Part shown: positions 18,734-28,646 of the stretch, one piece after another
Layout: every line of letters starts with the position of its first letter
Position numbering within the stretch: the stretch's first letter is position 1
From: Nitrospirota bacterium
Lineage (GTDB): Bacteria; Nitrospirota; UBA9217
Length of the DNA: 64,000 nucleotides
Direction of reading: 5' to 3'
NCBI GenBank assembly: GCA_963790205.1
Contig: CAWBNQ010000010.1
Location: 1-64,000 of the forward strand
The notes under the pieces: model-generated
Told to the model about the DNA's origin: nothing
Databases searched by the model: none
The model's input: the letters and a program-made list of their open reading frames with translations, nothing else
Made by a program: the position numbers and the translations under genes

Positions 18734-18807
18734 GCATGATTCACAGGCAAAGGTTGGTAGAAGATTTATCTACCAACAGCAACATTCAAGACGCGACCCT
18801 ATGGGTT
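18734..18807. repeat. ~74-bp direct repeat, copy 2
   Basis: Contains the palindrome GTTGGTAGA-N7-TCTACCAAC followed by TCAAGACGCGACCC. Confidence 0.9.
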
Positions 18808-18826
18808 TTCTGAACAAGCTGCTTGC

Positions 18827-19699
18827 TTACGCCAATTTTTTCAGTAATTGAACCTCGCGTTCAGAGAGAGCGCAATTAGCATGCAAATTAAGAAACACCT
18901 TAGGGGACTGACGAAAGTGAAAACTGTATTGTACGATGACAGAGGGCGTACCTATATTTGATTCAAAAGCCGCCCTTATACCTTCCTCCATAAAGGCAAA
19001 GCTAGGATCATATCCTGGTACCATGCACAGAATAGACGGCTCATCCGCTGGAGTTATAGCCAGCTGCATGCCGCTACTCACCTTTCCGATGATGGCGCGC
19101 CTAACTCGATCAATGGTACCCTGTGGATCCATTACAAAATTATCAACTTGAGGGCTAACATCATGCGGCGAATATCCAAATAATTTTGCCTCAACATTAC
19201 ACCAACGACTATCAATTTGTATTTTTGCTTCTATATTACTATTGCCGGTGCCGACAGTTGGATAAAGAAGTATTTCGAAGTATTCTGCGGCACACAACAT
19301 GGCAAAGCTGCCAAGAACAATGAATTCAAACACCGCAGCCTCGATCTGGTTTGCCTCTTTACTCTTGAGTTTTGCTTCAGTTTCTCTGAACGGTCGTAAT
19401 TTGTTCTGCTTAGATGCAATCGGCGCTAAGATTGCTATTGACTCATCCAGTCTTTGCAACAGGCCTTCGTCGTGCAATAAACGGAATAATTGGAAGGCGT
19501 TGTCAGTAAATGAATAGTCAGGCGCTATACTGTCAATTACTTCATGAATTCTTTTAACCCAATCGGCATCCATGATCTCTCGAAGGCAGGCACTTTCAGC
19601 CAGCTTCATCTGGAATACCGAAAGATCGCGGTACCTCGCCTTTTTATATTCGCAGAGTTCAGTTCCTGTCATTTGAAAAATCATTTTTAAGTCTTGCAT
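18827..19699 (-). CDS. Hypothetical protein, possible PD-(D/E)xK nuclease fold
   Basis: FEFIVL...NIEAKIQID...NVEAK; similar layout to 15983-16906. Confidence 0.55.
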   Translation of the reverse strand: MQDLKMIFQMTGTELCEYKKARYRDLSVFQMKLAESACLREIMDADWVKRIHEVIDSIAPDYSFTDNAFQLFRLLHDEGLLQRLDESIAILAPIASKQNKLRPFRETEAKLKSKEANQIEAAVFEFIVLGSFAMLCAAEYFEILLYPTVGTGNSNIEAKIQIDSRWCNVEAKLFGYSPHDVSPQVDNFVMDPQGTIDRVRRAIIGKVSSGMQLAITPADEPSILCMVPGYDPSFAFMEEGIRAAFESNIGTPSVIVQYSFHFRQSPKVFLNLHANCALSEREVQLLKKLA

Positions 19700-19820
19700 A
19701 CCCTATACAAGCATTAATAAGTAACATGTAAAAAAGGGGTCAACCAGTGATTACATAAACAGGATTATAGCACTCACGTTGAGCAGCGCGGAATTCGCAA
19801 TTATAATGAGCATAAATGAT

Positions 19821-19940
19821 TTATCCTCTATTAAGATAAGACCAGGCAACAATAATTGCATACACGATCCATAACCAAGGAAAAAATAAGGCAAGCCAAA
19901 TTAGACCAACGATCACAACCAGCAAAGCGATGATCCTCAT
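19821..19940 (-). CDS. 39-aa hydrophobic small protein (not in the ORF track)
   Basis: MRIIALLVVIVGLIWLALFFPWLWIVYAIIVAWSYLNRG*, G-rich RBS-like sequence upstream. Confidence 0.5.
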   Translation of the reverse strand: MRIIALLVVIVGLIWLALFFPWLWIVYAIIVAWSYLNRG

Positions 19941-20278
19941 AAAGCCCCCCTGCCTTGAAATTAGCACAGCACCCTATTCTGAAAACAATTGATTTTTTCT
20001 CTTGGAAGAAGCAAAACGCTTGTGGCGATAATTGTCTTCATATTCCCCTCCCAAAAGGGCGGCTCGGTGATTTCACGGCTTACTTCCAATTATATCGTAC
20101 AATTTGATAGGTAAATTACCGTTATTTTGTGCCAAAGCGGGATCTCCTTCTCTGGTTCCAGAACCGTCTCGATATCCTTTAACCTCTTGATTTCGACCTC
20201 GCTCTGTACTGGCAGTACAGTTCTTCCGGCGAGTCATACGCTCAACACGTTCTGCCGTGCATCCTGCATCATTCGTTT

Positions 20279-21901
20279 TCATTTCACCGCTTCTTCCAGT
20301 CCCATTCCCTGTTTCAGCTTCTCCGCGGCGCGGTCATGGGCGTCGAGGATGCCCTTGATGATCGCTAGCGTTTTGTCCGGCGGTGAAAAGGCGTCGGCGC
20401 TGTAGGCGTTCTGCTGGAGAAAGTCCGTCCGGACCAGCTCGGCCGTGCGCATCAGCAGCCGGTCGGCGTCCTGGAGCCCTTCGGCCCCGACGATCTCCGC
20501 CACTTCCCTGAGCGATTCCTCCTGCTGCAGGACCTGGCGGCAGCGCGCCAGCATGCCTTCCCATTCAACGGACACCTTCTCCCGGTAATGCCCGGACACC
20601 TCTTTGGCATAGAGCGAATAGCTCTGGAACCAGTTGATCGCGGGATAATGCCGCCGGTGCGCGAGCTCGGTATCGAGCATGAGGAAGGCGCCGGTCGTCC
20701 GGAGGCACGCCTGGGTCACGGGCTCGGTAAAGTCCCCGCCCGGCGGCGACACGGAGAGGATCATGCTGAGCGAGCCGATCCTGCCGTTCAGCGTTTCGAC
20801 CACGCCCGCGCGCTCGAGGAACCCCGACAACCGCGAGGCAAGGTACGTGGGGTATCCCTCTTCGCCGGGCATCTCCTCGAGTGACGCCGATATCTCGCGA
20901 AGGGCCTCGGCCCACCGGGAAAGACTGTCGGCCAGGAACAGCACGTGATAGCCCATGTCCCGGTAATACTCCGCCATGGTGACCGCCGTATAGATGGACG
21001 CCTCGCGGGCGGCCACGGGCATGTTCGACGTATTCACGACAAGAACGGTGCGCTCCCTGAGCGGACGTTTGGACCAGGGGTCCTGCAGCTCCCCGAACTC
21101 GGCGATCATGTCCGCCATCTCGTTGCCCCGCTCGCCGCATCCCACGTAGACCACGATGTCCACGTCCGCGAACTTGGCCACCGCCTGTTCCAGGATCGTC
21201 TTTCCCGTGCCGAAGCCGCCGGGAAAGATGGCCGTGCCGCCCCGGGCAAGGGGGAAGAGGAAATCGATGCTCCGCTGGCCGGTGATGAGCGGCCCGGAGG
21301 GCGCGAACTTTCTCCGAAAGGGCCGCGCCATGCGCACCGGCCACTCATGGCAGCCGGGAATGTCCAGCCCTCCTTCATATTCGCCAAGCGGCTCGTTCAG
21401 GCTGATGTCTCCGTCCACGATGTCCGCGATCTTCCCCGCATCATCGCGGCCGCTCATGATGTAATGCTTAAAGGCCCCTTCGTCAACGGTCCCGAGCAGG
21501 GAGCCCTGCGCGGTCACGTCCCCTTTTTTCAGCAGCGGAGTGAACTTCCAGCGCTTCATGTAGTCGAGGGCGTAGATCTCCTTCCCGCCCGTTATAAAAG
21601 GCCCCATGTCCTCCCGCAGCCGTTCGAGCGGACGCTGGAGCCCGTCGAACATGCCCCCGAGAAGCCCCGGCCCCAGGCGCACCGTGAGCGGCATGCCCAC
21701 ACCCTTGACCGGCTCCCCTACGGCAAGGCCCCGCGTGTCTTCATAGACCTGGACCACGGCCTTGTCCCGCTCAAGCCGCACCACCTCGCCGGTGAGCATG
21801 GCATGTCCGATATAGATGCGCTCGTACAGTTTGAGCCCCTTGAGGTCAACGGTGACCGTGGGTCCGGATATGGCCTGAATTTTACCGCTCATGTTCGTCA
21901 T
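20279..21901 (-). CDS. atpA: V/A-type ATP synthase subunit A
   Basis: PGGFGTGKT Walker A, GCGERGNEM, NTSNMPVAAREAS, SPPGGDF; ATGA overlap with subunit F. Confidence 0.97.
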   Translation of the reverse strand: MTNMSGKIQAISGPTVTVDLKGLKLYERIYIGHAMLTGEVVRLERDKAVVQVYEDTRGLAVGEPVKGVGMPLTVRLGPGLLGGMFDGLQRPLERLREDMGPFITGGKEIYALDYMKRWKFTPLLKKGDVTAQGSLLGTVDEGAFKHYIMSGRDDAGKIADIVDGDISLNEPLGEYEGGLDIPGCHEWPVRMARPFRRKFAPSGPLITGQRSIDFLFPLARGGTAIFPGGFGTGKTILEQAVAKFADVDIVVYVGCGERGNEMADMIAEFGELQDPWSKRPLRERTVLVVNTSNMPVAAREASIYTAVTMAEYYRDMGYHVLFLADSLSRWAEALREISASLEEMPGEEGYPTYLASRLSGFLERAGVVETLNGRIGSLSMILSVSPPGGDFTEPVTQACLRTTGAFLMLDTELAHRRHYPAINWFQSYSLYAKEVSGHYREKVSVEWEGMLARCRQVLQQEESLREVAEIVGAEGLQDADRLLMRTAELVRTDFLQQNAYSADAFSPPDKTLAIIKGILDAHDRAAEKLKQGMGLEEAVK

Positions 21902-22236
21902 AACTTCAGCCTCACATGGTACCCGATAGCCCTCCTGATCAGGCGCGCTGCATAGTCCTCTGCTTCCGCGGGGGGTTTCACGGGCGAGGGCAGGACCAGG
22001 AGTATCCCGTGCCACGCCTGTTCCAGCTCGCGCATCCGCTCCTCGGAAACTCCAAAGGCATCGCGCCCGGCTCCCACCAGGCGTTCGTCGATGATCACGA
22101 GTCCGTTGTCCGGCTCGTCCATGGCCTTTTTCAGCGTTCGTTCGAACTCCGGCATTTCCACGGCGTACTGGGGAACACCGGTCAGGCTGAAGCCGTAACC
22201 GGCGTCCGGGGGAGTAATAAAAGCTATTTTCTTCAT
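21898..22236 (-). CDS. atpF: V/A-type ATP synthase subunit F
   Basis: IAFI...GFSLTGV...LIRRAIG; operon position. Confidence 0.85.
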   Translation of the reverse strand: MKKIAFITPPDAGYGFSLTGVPQYAVEMPEFERTLKKAMDEPDNGLVIIDERLVGAGRDAFGVSEERMRELEQAWHGILLVLPSPVKPPAEAEDYAARLIRRAIGYHVRLKL

Positions 22237-22267
22237 TTCAGCCTCAACGGTTCAAAGCAAAGCCCTT

Positions 22268-22372
22268 TCTCGCAAAGACGGAAAGCGCGCAAAAAAAGCT
22301 TGTACGTCTGAATTTAAACAAATAAATCCTTTTGTTCTTGTGGTTCTTTGCGACCTTTGCGCCTTTGCGAGA
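22268..22372. repeat. Intergenic palindrome of CGCAAAG/CTTTGCG units
   Basis: tctcgcaaagacggaaagcgcgcaaa versus tttgcgacctttgcgcctttgcgaga. Confidence 0.75.
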
Positions 22373-22432
22373 GACAGATTTAAGGTTTCGTCTTATTATT
22401 CCGTCCATTTTGCGTAGATTACTTGCTCATCC

Positions 22433-23399
22433 TTACTGCACCAGCTCCGCCATCACGGCCTCCCGTTCAAGATCTTTGCCGTAAAACAGAACGCTCAGGT
22501 TCATAGCCTCGAGGGAGCATTTCCAGAGATAGTCCAGGACCGGTCCGGCTCCGAAGGGCTCCCTCCCCTCCTTCTTCAGAAAACGGGTCATCCCCTTGTA
22601 GAGGGAGGTCTCCACCTTCGTGGGATCGGGCGTTTCTATTTTGATGCCGGAAAACTCGCGGACCAGGGAGTTCACGCCGAACAGGTCCCCTTTCTCCGAT
22701 GATCGCCCTGAGTTTTGCTTCAGGGATCATCCCGCCGGGGATGAACGGGAGAGCTGTGCGCTTTTCCAGCCTCAGACATTTATACGCGCTCATGATGTTG
22801 CGCGAATCGATCAGACGGGCAAAAAACGACTTCATGAGCGGATGAAGCCCCGTATCGATGATAACGGCAAGGTACGTATTCGTCAAGCGCTGCTCGACCC
22901 CTCGCAGGCCCTCGGCTTCCAGAGCATCGGTCAGCCCGCCGAATTGTCCGGACAGCCGCAGAAAGGCCCGTTCGAGGCCCCGCACCGCAAAGGTCAGGTC
23001 CTCGCTCGAGGAAAGAATTTCCGCGATCTCGGCGGAGAGCAGGCTGTCGCCCAGGAGCTCTTCGGCCTTGCCCGATTTTTCATCCTTCAGGTGCCGAAGG
23101 CAGATGAAGACCGTCCTGAGTTCGGTATACAGAAAGAAGGGCTGAAATAGTTCACGGAGCGCGTGGTTCATCTGTGAATAAACCCAACGGTATTCCCTGA
23201 GCAGGCTCCGCCAGACGCCTTCCGGCGACCGGTCCCGAACAAACCCCTGATAGCGGGCCGAGGCAAGATAGTCCATGGGCGCGGCGTCATAGATCAGCGG
23301 CCGCCAGTCATTGATCAGGCGCGACCTTCTGCCCCTGATTCTCGACAGGAGATACTCGACAGGATATCCCCGGTCTTCAAGATGCCGCAGGAATTCCAC
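22433..23399 (-). CDS. atpC: V/A-type ATP synthase subunit C, frameshift near 22690
   Basis: YLLSRIRGRRSRLI N-terminus; C-terminal PFGAGPVLDYLW..EAMNL lies in a second frame. Confidence 0.8.
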
Positions 23400-23964
23400 C
23401 GGAGCCCTCCCCGTAAACGTCCCTGATCAGGAGCGGCAGCATATCGCTCCATGCCCGTTCCAGCCTCTTTTCGAAAGTATTGATGACCCTGATCGAACCG
23501 TCTTTTGTCGAAACATCCATGCCGCCCGTAATATTCCGGTCCGGCACGATCTCCGCGCCGGGGAAAAATTTTTCGGCCAGCGCAACGTCCCCGGGGTTCA
23601 CCCGCACCGTGTGCCAGGCAAGGGTCGGAAGCTCCCGGGCCATCTTCCCGAACGCGGTCTCATAGCCCGCTTTTCGGAGGCAGGGCAGGGATGATGCCGC
23701 AACGGCCTCCAGCCGGGCGGAAAGCTCCTTTTCGGCTGAAAGCATGATTTCCCTCGCCCGGTTGTTCGCTGCGGACAGGGCCTGGGCGTTCGCGTCCCTC
23801 TGCGCGGCCGCCTCTTTCCTCTTGGCTTCGTCGCGCCGCTGCTCCAGCCGGCGCGCGACATCCGCCTTTGCGGCACCGGCCTCCCGCTCCGATTCCTGCC
23901 GCATCAGGAGCACCCTCTCGTCCGCCGCTTTTTTGAGCGAGTCGATCAGCTCTTTGCAGCTCAT
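23377..23964 (-). CDS. atpE: V/A-type ATP synthase subunit E
   Basis: Helical N-terminus, ITGG...INTFEKRL. Confidence 0.85.
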   Translation of the reverse strand: MSCKELIDSLKKAADERVLLMRQESEREAGAAKADVARRLEQRRDEAKRKEAAAQRDANAQALSAANNRAREIMLSAEKELSARLEAVAASSLPCLRKAGYETAFGKMARELPTLAWHTVRVNPGDVALAEKFFPGAEIVPDRNITGGMDVSTKDGSIRVINTFEKRLERAWSDMLPLLIRDVYGEGSGGIPAAS

Positions 23965-23965
23965 C

Positions 23966-24190
23966 TCACTTCACCGTGAAGAGGATCATCGTCGCCACGA
24001 CAAAGCCGAGGATGACCATGGTCTCGGGGATGGCGACAAGGATGACGATCGTGCCGGTCAACTCCGGCTTTTCGGCAAGCGAACCCGCCCCTGCGGCCCC
24101 GATCTTCGACTGCGCCCAGGCAGTGGCAATGGCGGTGAGACCGATTGCCAGTGCCGCGGCAAACGCGATGAGTACTTTTTCCAGGTTCAT
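23966..24190 (-). CDS. atpK: V/A-type ATP synthase subunit K (c-ring proteolipid)
   Basis: Two TM helices, AQSKIGAAG and AIPET. Confidence 0.93.
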   Translation of the reverse strand: MNLEKVLIAFAAALAIGLTAIATAWAQSKIGAAGAGSLAEKPELTGTIVILVAIPETMVILGFVVATMILFTVK

Positions 24191-24316
24191 AGCATCCTCC
24201 TTTTGAATTTTAGCGTAATGTCAAACGTTAACCACAGAGGTCACAGAGAACTTCTTGAATCTCAGGAATAAAACGTTCTTAGAACCGCCTCCCCTTGTAT
24301 ACGGAGATCGAAACTA

Positions 24317-26194
24317 TCATTTCTTCAACGGCTCGAACCTTCTCCCGCCGTGCTCGATGAATTTGCTGAAGAACTCCACGTAATGGAGCCTGAGCGAGTG
24401 TATGGTCGGAGAAAAGACTCCCAGGACGATGTTGAGCAGATGGATAAGCCCCGCCACCGCCACCCCGGTCACGACATCGCCGGTCAACCCGCCGAGATTG
24501 TTCGCCACAAAGGCGAGCAGCACCGAGGTGAGGCCGATGGCCATGATACGGACGTAGGAGATGATGTTGCCGATGCTTTTGAGGAGTTCCAGGGGCGCGA
24601 GCAGCCCCCCGGTGAAGAACAAAAACGGCGTAAGCAGGAGAATAACGATGATGACGGGCCGCTCGAGCACGGTCGGAAAGATCCCGAAGAACGAAGCGAG
24701 AACGGTGATCAGGCACAGGATAATGACGATGCTCAGAAGCTTGTAGACCGCCTCTTTTTTTTCTTTTTTCCTGAAACCCGCGATGGCCCCCAGGATGAGG
24801 CCGAGGAAGATATGGGCCACGCCCACGGCCAGTGCGAAGAAGATCATGGGGACCACGGCTTCGCGCCGCTCGATGCAAAGGGGTTTCAGGTGGAAGAACC
24901 GCTCGGGGAGGTCGCCGAAGAACTCCCCGAAGAGAATGCCGAAGAAGATCGAGTAGAGCGATGCGACCATCAGGATCTTTGCCCCGTTCCGGACAAGGCC
25001 CTGCCCCTTCATTTTTTTAACCAGGACCAAGGACACGGCGGCGAGCAGCAGGCCATACCCCGCGTCGCCCAGGATCATGCCGAAGAAGACGGGGAAAAAA
25101 ATGCCGATGAACGGCGTGGGATCGTAGGAAGTATAGGCCGGAAGCGGAAGAAGGCTGGTAAAAAGCTCGAAGGGCCTGAAGTAGGGAGGGTTCTTCAGGA
25201 TGATCGGGACCCGCTCGAGGTCATGTTCACGCATCTCTTTCTCCACCAGCATGACGTTCGCGCCGAACGATTCGGACACCCTTTTCCGGAGTTTCTCCAC
25301 ATCGCCCGCCGGCATCCATCCGTTGATAAAAAAACACATCCGCGTCTCGAAGGTCGCCGCAGTTGCCGACAGTAAGGACAGCCGGTCATCGATCCATTCC
25401 CTTACGCTTTCGTAGATGGGGACCCAGCGCTGGGCAAACTCGGACAACGCCCCATCGATCCGCGACAGCTCCACGGAGGCCTCGGCGCTCCTCTTTTTTA
25501 CATAAGCGCCCTTTTCGGAAAAACTCAGGGCGTTGAAAGCGGCCGGGAAAACAAGCTCCGGCACGTGTTCGTCGCTCAACGACTTTTTTACTTTTTCCGA
25601 GAGTTCTTTTTCAACGGTGATGAGCCCCACCAGGGTGCCGTCCTCGGCGGTCTCGGTCATGAGCTCGAATTTCCAATCGGTGATGCGTGAAATCGCCTCG
25701 CGCAAGCGTTCGACCATGTCCGGCTCCCGGATCGTAAGGCCGATGAAGTCGAGATCGGGGGTCTCTTTGGTGGTATCGACGAGAGAGGCGAGCGCCCCGA
25801 GAAAAACAGCGTACTGGTCAAGCTCCTTCTTCTCTTTCCGGAGCCCGTCCCGCTTTTCAAAAAGCTCTTTGGCGGCGGCAATATGCCGTTCGATCGTCTT
25901 TGCGATGGTATCGATGATCGATTGCGGTTCGAGATAGCTTGCTCGCACCGGCTTTTTCGGAAGAAAGGAGAACAGCTCGGCAATCTTCTGCCGGAGGTTC
26001 TCGAGGAAAAGCCGTTCAAACATGGCCTTTTCATCGGGCATGAAGGAGCGGATATCTTCTTCCCGACCCTCTTCGATAAAGCCGACGGCGGCGGGCTCGA
26101 TCTGAAATATGCTCATTTCCCTGAGCAGGGCGAGCACGTCCTGAAGCAGGCCTTTGGCCCCCACCATCTCGACTTTTGACATCCTGACTATCAT
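24317..26194 (-). CDS. atpI: V/A-type ATP synthase subunit I
   Basis: DPTP..FFGMILGDAGYG, SYVRIMA, HSLRLHYVEFF. Confidence 0.95.
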   Translation of the reverse strand: MIVRMSKVEMVGAKGLLQDVLALLREMSIFQIEPAAVGFIEEGREEDIRSFMPDEKAMFERLFLENLRQKIAELFSFLPKKPVRASYLEPQSIIDTIAKTIERHIAAAKELFEKRDGLRKEKKELDQYAVFLGALASLVDTTKETPDLDFIGLTIREPDMVERLREAISRITDWKFELMTETAEDGTLVGLITVEKELSEKVKKSLSDEHVPELVFPAAFNALSFSEKGAYVKKRSAEASVELSRIDGALSEFAQRWVPIYESVREWIDDRLSLLSATAATFETRMCFFINGWMPAGDVEKLRKRVSESFGANVMLVEKEMREHDLERVPIILKNPPYFRPFELFTSLLPLPAYTSYDPTPFIGIFFPVFFGMILGDAGYGLLLAAVSLVLVKKMKGQGLVRNGAKILMVASLYSIFFGILFGEFFGDLPERFFHLKPLCIERREAVVPMIFFALAVGVAHIFLGLILGAIAGFRKKEKKEAVYKLLSIVIILCLITVLASFFGIFPTVLERPVIIVILLLTPFLFFTGGLLAPLELLKSIGNIISYVRIMAIGLTSVLLAFVANNLGGLTGDVVTGVAVAGLIHLLNIVLGVFSPTIHSLRLHYVEFFSKFIEHGGRRFEPLKK

Positions 26195-26198
26195 GACT

Positions 26199-26513
26199 TT
26201 ATTCCGGAAGAATGCCGGCAATCTGTTTCGCAACGATCCTCGAGAGGGTCTCCGTCTGCAATCGTCCAAGACGCTCTGCCGCGGCCGTTGCACGGCTCAC
26301 GGTCCCGGCGGCCTTGATCCCCGCTTCTCTGGCCGCCTCAGCCGTCGTTTTTTCCAGGGCCTCCCTGATGTTCTTGTCCTCCCGGGTGAATGCTTCCTCG
26401 CATTCCTTCTTCACGCGTTCGAGCCACTCCCGGGCCTTTATCTTCTCAAGATCAAGGCCCTGCTGGATCTCTTTTTCGGCTTCTATGACCTGGCTCAGGA
26501 TGTCTTTTTCCAT
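26199..26513 (-). CDS. V/A-type ATP synthase subunit H/G (peripheral stalk)
   Basis: Charged helical 104 aa; first gene of the operon. Confidence 0.7.
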   Translation of the reverse strand: MEKDILSQVIEAEKEIQQGLDLEKIKAREWLERVKKECEEAFTREDKNIREALEKTTAEAAREAGIKAAGTVSRATAAAERLGRLQTETLSRIVAKQIAGILPE

Positions 26514-26777
26514 AATTCTATTGTAGCAAAAATAACCGCGCCTAACATAACTTTCAAATTTTTACCTGATCCGGTCACGCCTGATCGAGCGCTGCTCATC
26601 TCCTAAGGAATTTGGGGAGATCGTCAACATCGCGCCTGCAACCCCTCATACTTGCAAATATAATTATCTTTGAACCGAGAATTCCAAAAATCGTAATTTT
26701 AGGGTATATTAAAAGATAGTCCGATAATGAGGAGTGCATGATGACGTTCGACCATAAAATTTTCGGGAGGTTGAAGA

Positions 26778-28019
26778 GTGCGCGACCGGTATGACGTAAT
26801 CGTGGTCGGTGCCGGACCGGCTGGAGCTACGTGCGCACGAATATGCGCCCGTGAAGGGCTCAAAACGCTGCTCCTGGATAAAGACGTCTTTCCGAGGCAA
26901 AAACCCTGCGCCGGCGCGGTATCGGCACAGGCCCTTTCCCTCCTCGACTTTCCGCTTCCCGATGACGTGATCGAAAGGGAGTGTTTCGGGGTTCAGATCC
27001 GGTATCACAACCGTTCGATCGTCGTGCGGAAAAAAGAGCGCATAGCAGTGCTCGTGAGCCGGGACCGTTTCGACCGGTTCCTGGCGGACAAGGCGGTCGA
27101 AAGCGGAGCACGGTTCCTGGCGGGAGAAAAAGCGGTCGATGTCATTGAACCAGGGGACACCGTGACGGTAAGCACGGACAAAGCTCGTTACGAGGCCCGT
27201 TTTATCATCGGGGCGGACGGCATTCACAGCCGCGTCGCACGGTCCGTGCGGCCGCCCTTTCGAAAAGACGAGATGGTGCTTGCTTCGGTATGCAACATCC
27301 TGGCCGAGGACATCGTCATAGACAAGCGCCTGCATGATACCATTGCAATCGATTTCGGACTCGCGCCGCTGGGCTACGGCTGGCTTTTCCCGCACCGCGG
27401 CTACTTCTCGATGGGAATAGCGGGCCTGGCGTCTGAATTTTTCGACCCCAAAAAAACACTGTCGGAGTACGGCCGGTCTTTACATGTTAAACTCGAAGCA
27501 ATTCGCGGGCACTTCATACCGCTCGGCGGGATAAAGCGAAGGGTTGCCGCAAACCGGATATTACTGGCCGGAGACGCGGCGGGGTTTGCCGACCCCTTTC
27601 ACGGAGAAGGGATCGCGCATGCCGTCATTTCAGGAAAACTCGCGGCCGGGGCGGTTATCAACTGTCTCAAGAACGGCCATGAGCCGGCAACAGCCGTATC
27701 ACGGTATACCGGTGAGTGCGAGCAACTGATCAGGAAACAATTGCGCATATCGCTTTACATGGCACGGCTGCTCGACCGGTTTCCAAAGCTTTTTGTCAGG
27801 ATCTTCTTCGATAACCAGGCGGCGCTCGACCAATACCTGGAAATCCCTTCCGGCAGGATGGACTACCGGCGGTTCCTGAGATGGCTTGCGGTCCGTATAC
27901 CTTTTTACCTGGCATCAAGCTTTTACAAGGGCTTCCGCGGGACACGGGCGGGGGATGCGGAAAGGAAATTTCCAAATTCTAAACAACAGGGTCCAAACCG
28001 CTTTGAATCCGGCCTTTGA
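26778..28019 (+). CDS. Geranylgeranyl reductase family FAD oxidoreductase
   Basis: VGAGPAG, FPRQKPCAG, GADG, GYGWLFP, GDAAG..DPFHGEGI. Confidence 0.9.
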   Translation: MRDRYDVIVVGAGPAGATCARICAREGLKTLLLDKDVFPRQKPCAGAVSAQALSLLDFPLPDDVIERECFGVQIRYHNRSIVVRKKERIAVLVSRDRFDRFLADKAVESGARFLAGEKAVDVIEPGDTVTVSTDKARYEARFIIGADGIHSRVARSVRPPFRKDEMVLASVCNILAEDIVIDKRLHDTIAIDFGLAPLGYGWLFPHRGYFSMGIAGLASEFFDPKKTLSEYGRSLHVKLEAIRGHFIPLGGIKRRVAANRILLAGDAAGFADPFHGEGIAHAVISGKLAAGAVINCLKNGHEPATAVSRYTGECEQLIRKQLRISLYMARLLDRFPKLFVRIFFDNQAALDQYLEIPSGRMDYRRFLRWLAVRIPFYLASSFYKGFRGTRAGDAERKFPNSKQQGPNRFESGL

Positions 28020-28065
28020 TGCCTGGAGCATAGGGTGTGAGGATTTGGTGCTTGAGAAGCGGGAC

Positions 28066-28434
28066 TTACGCCCCGCGTTCCAACCTGTCTCCCTGCCGGG
28101 ATTGTCTGTTCTCTTCAATGAAAAATAACGGCACGTGTATCGACTCTCCCTTGCAGACCGGGCACTTTCCCGGCTTTTTCAGCCGTTCCCGTTTCGAGAA
28201 CACGAACCCGCACTTCCTGCATTCCGCGGGCGTGATTGCCAGATGCCGCCCCGTCGCGCTCATCGTCTTTCGGATGTGCTCGAGATGGCTGTAGACCTCT
28301 TTTTCCGATATTCCGACCTCTGAGGACAAATCTCTCGCAGAACGCTCCCCTTGCTCAAGGACCGCGATGATCTCCCGTCGGACCGTATCATGCATTTCCA
28401 CCGGTATCGACGGCTCCCGGGATGTAGGTTTCAT
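28066..28434 (-). CDS. HTH + zinc-ribbon transcriptional regulator
   Basis: wHTH segment, then CRKCGF...CPVCK. Confidence 0.8.
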   Translation of the reverse strand: MKPTSREPSIPVEMHDTVRREIIAVLEQGERSARDLSSEVGISEKEVYSHLEHIRKTMSATGRHLAITPAECRKCGFVFSKRERLKKPGKCPVCKGESIHVPLFFIEENRQSRQGDRLERGA

Positions 28435-28612
28435 GGCATGGACCTCTTTACCGTTCATTATAGCGCAATAGCGCAAAGCAGGACCTGGGAGGGGTGATAT
28501 CGTTTTTTGTGACTTCCAGCGTGTCATCATGTCCTTCTATTCTTTTACGTACTGCCGCGGCATCAGGAAAAATATTTTAAACGCGGCTCTCGGGAGTTCC
28601 TGGCGTTCTACC

Positions 28613-28640
28613 TTGACAGATGTCAATTCTTTGCTACAAT
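28613..28640 (+). promoter_or_regulatory. Sigma70-like promoter with a TTGAC-N4-GTCAA palindrome
   Basis: TTGACA 28613-18, TACAAT 28635-40; palindrome 28613-28626. Confidence 0.55.
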
Positions 28641-28646
28641 CTAATC

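Noticed and set aside
20204..20220. LexA/SOS box
   Set aside because: Spacing is CTGT-N9-ACAG, not the N8 of the E. coli-type box.
23966..24190. Na+-specific c-ring inferred from the Q...ET motif
   Set aside because: The same motif occurs in the proton-coupled Thermus V/A-ATPase, so ion specificity cannot be called.
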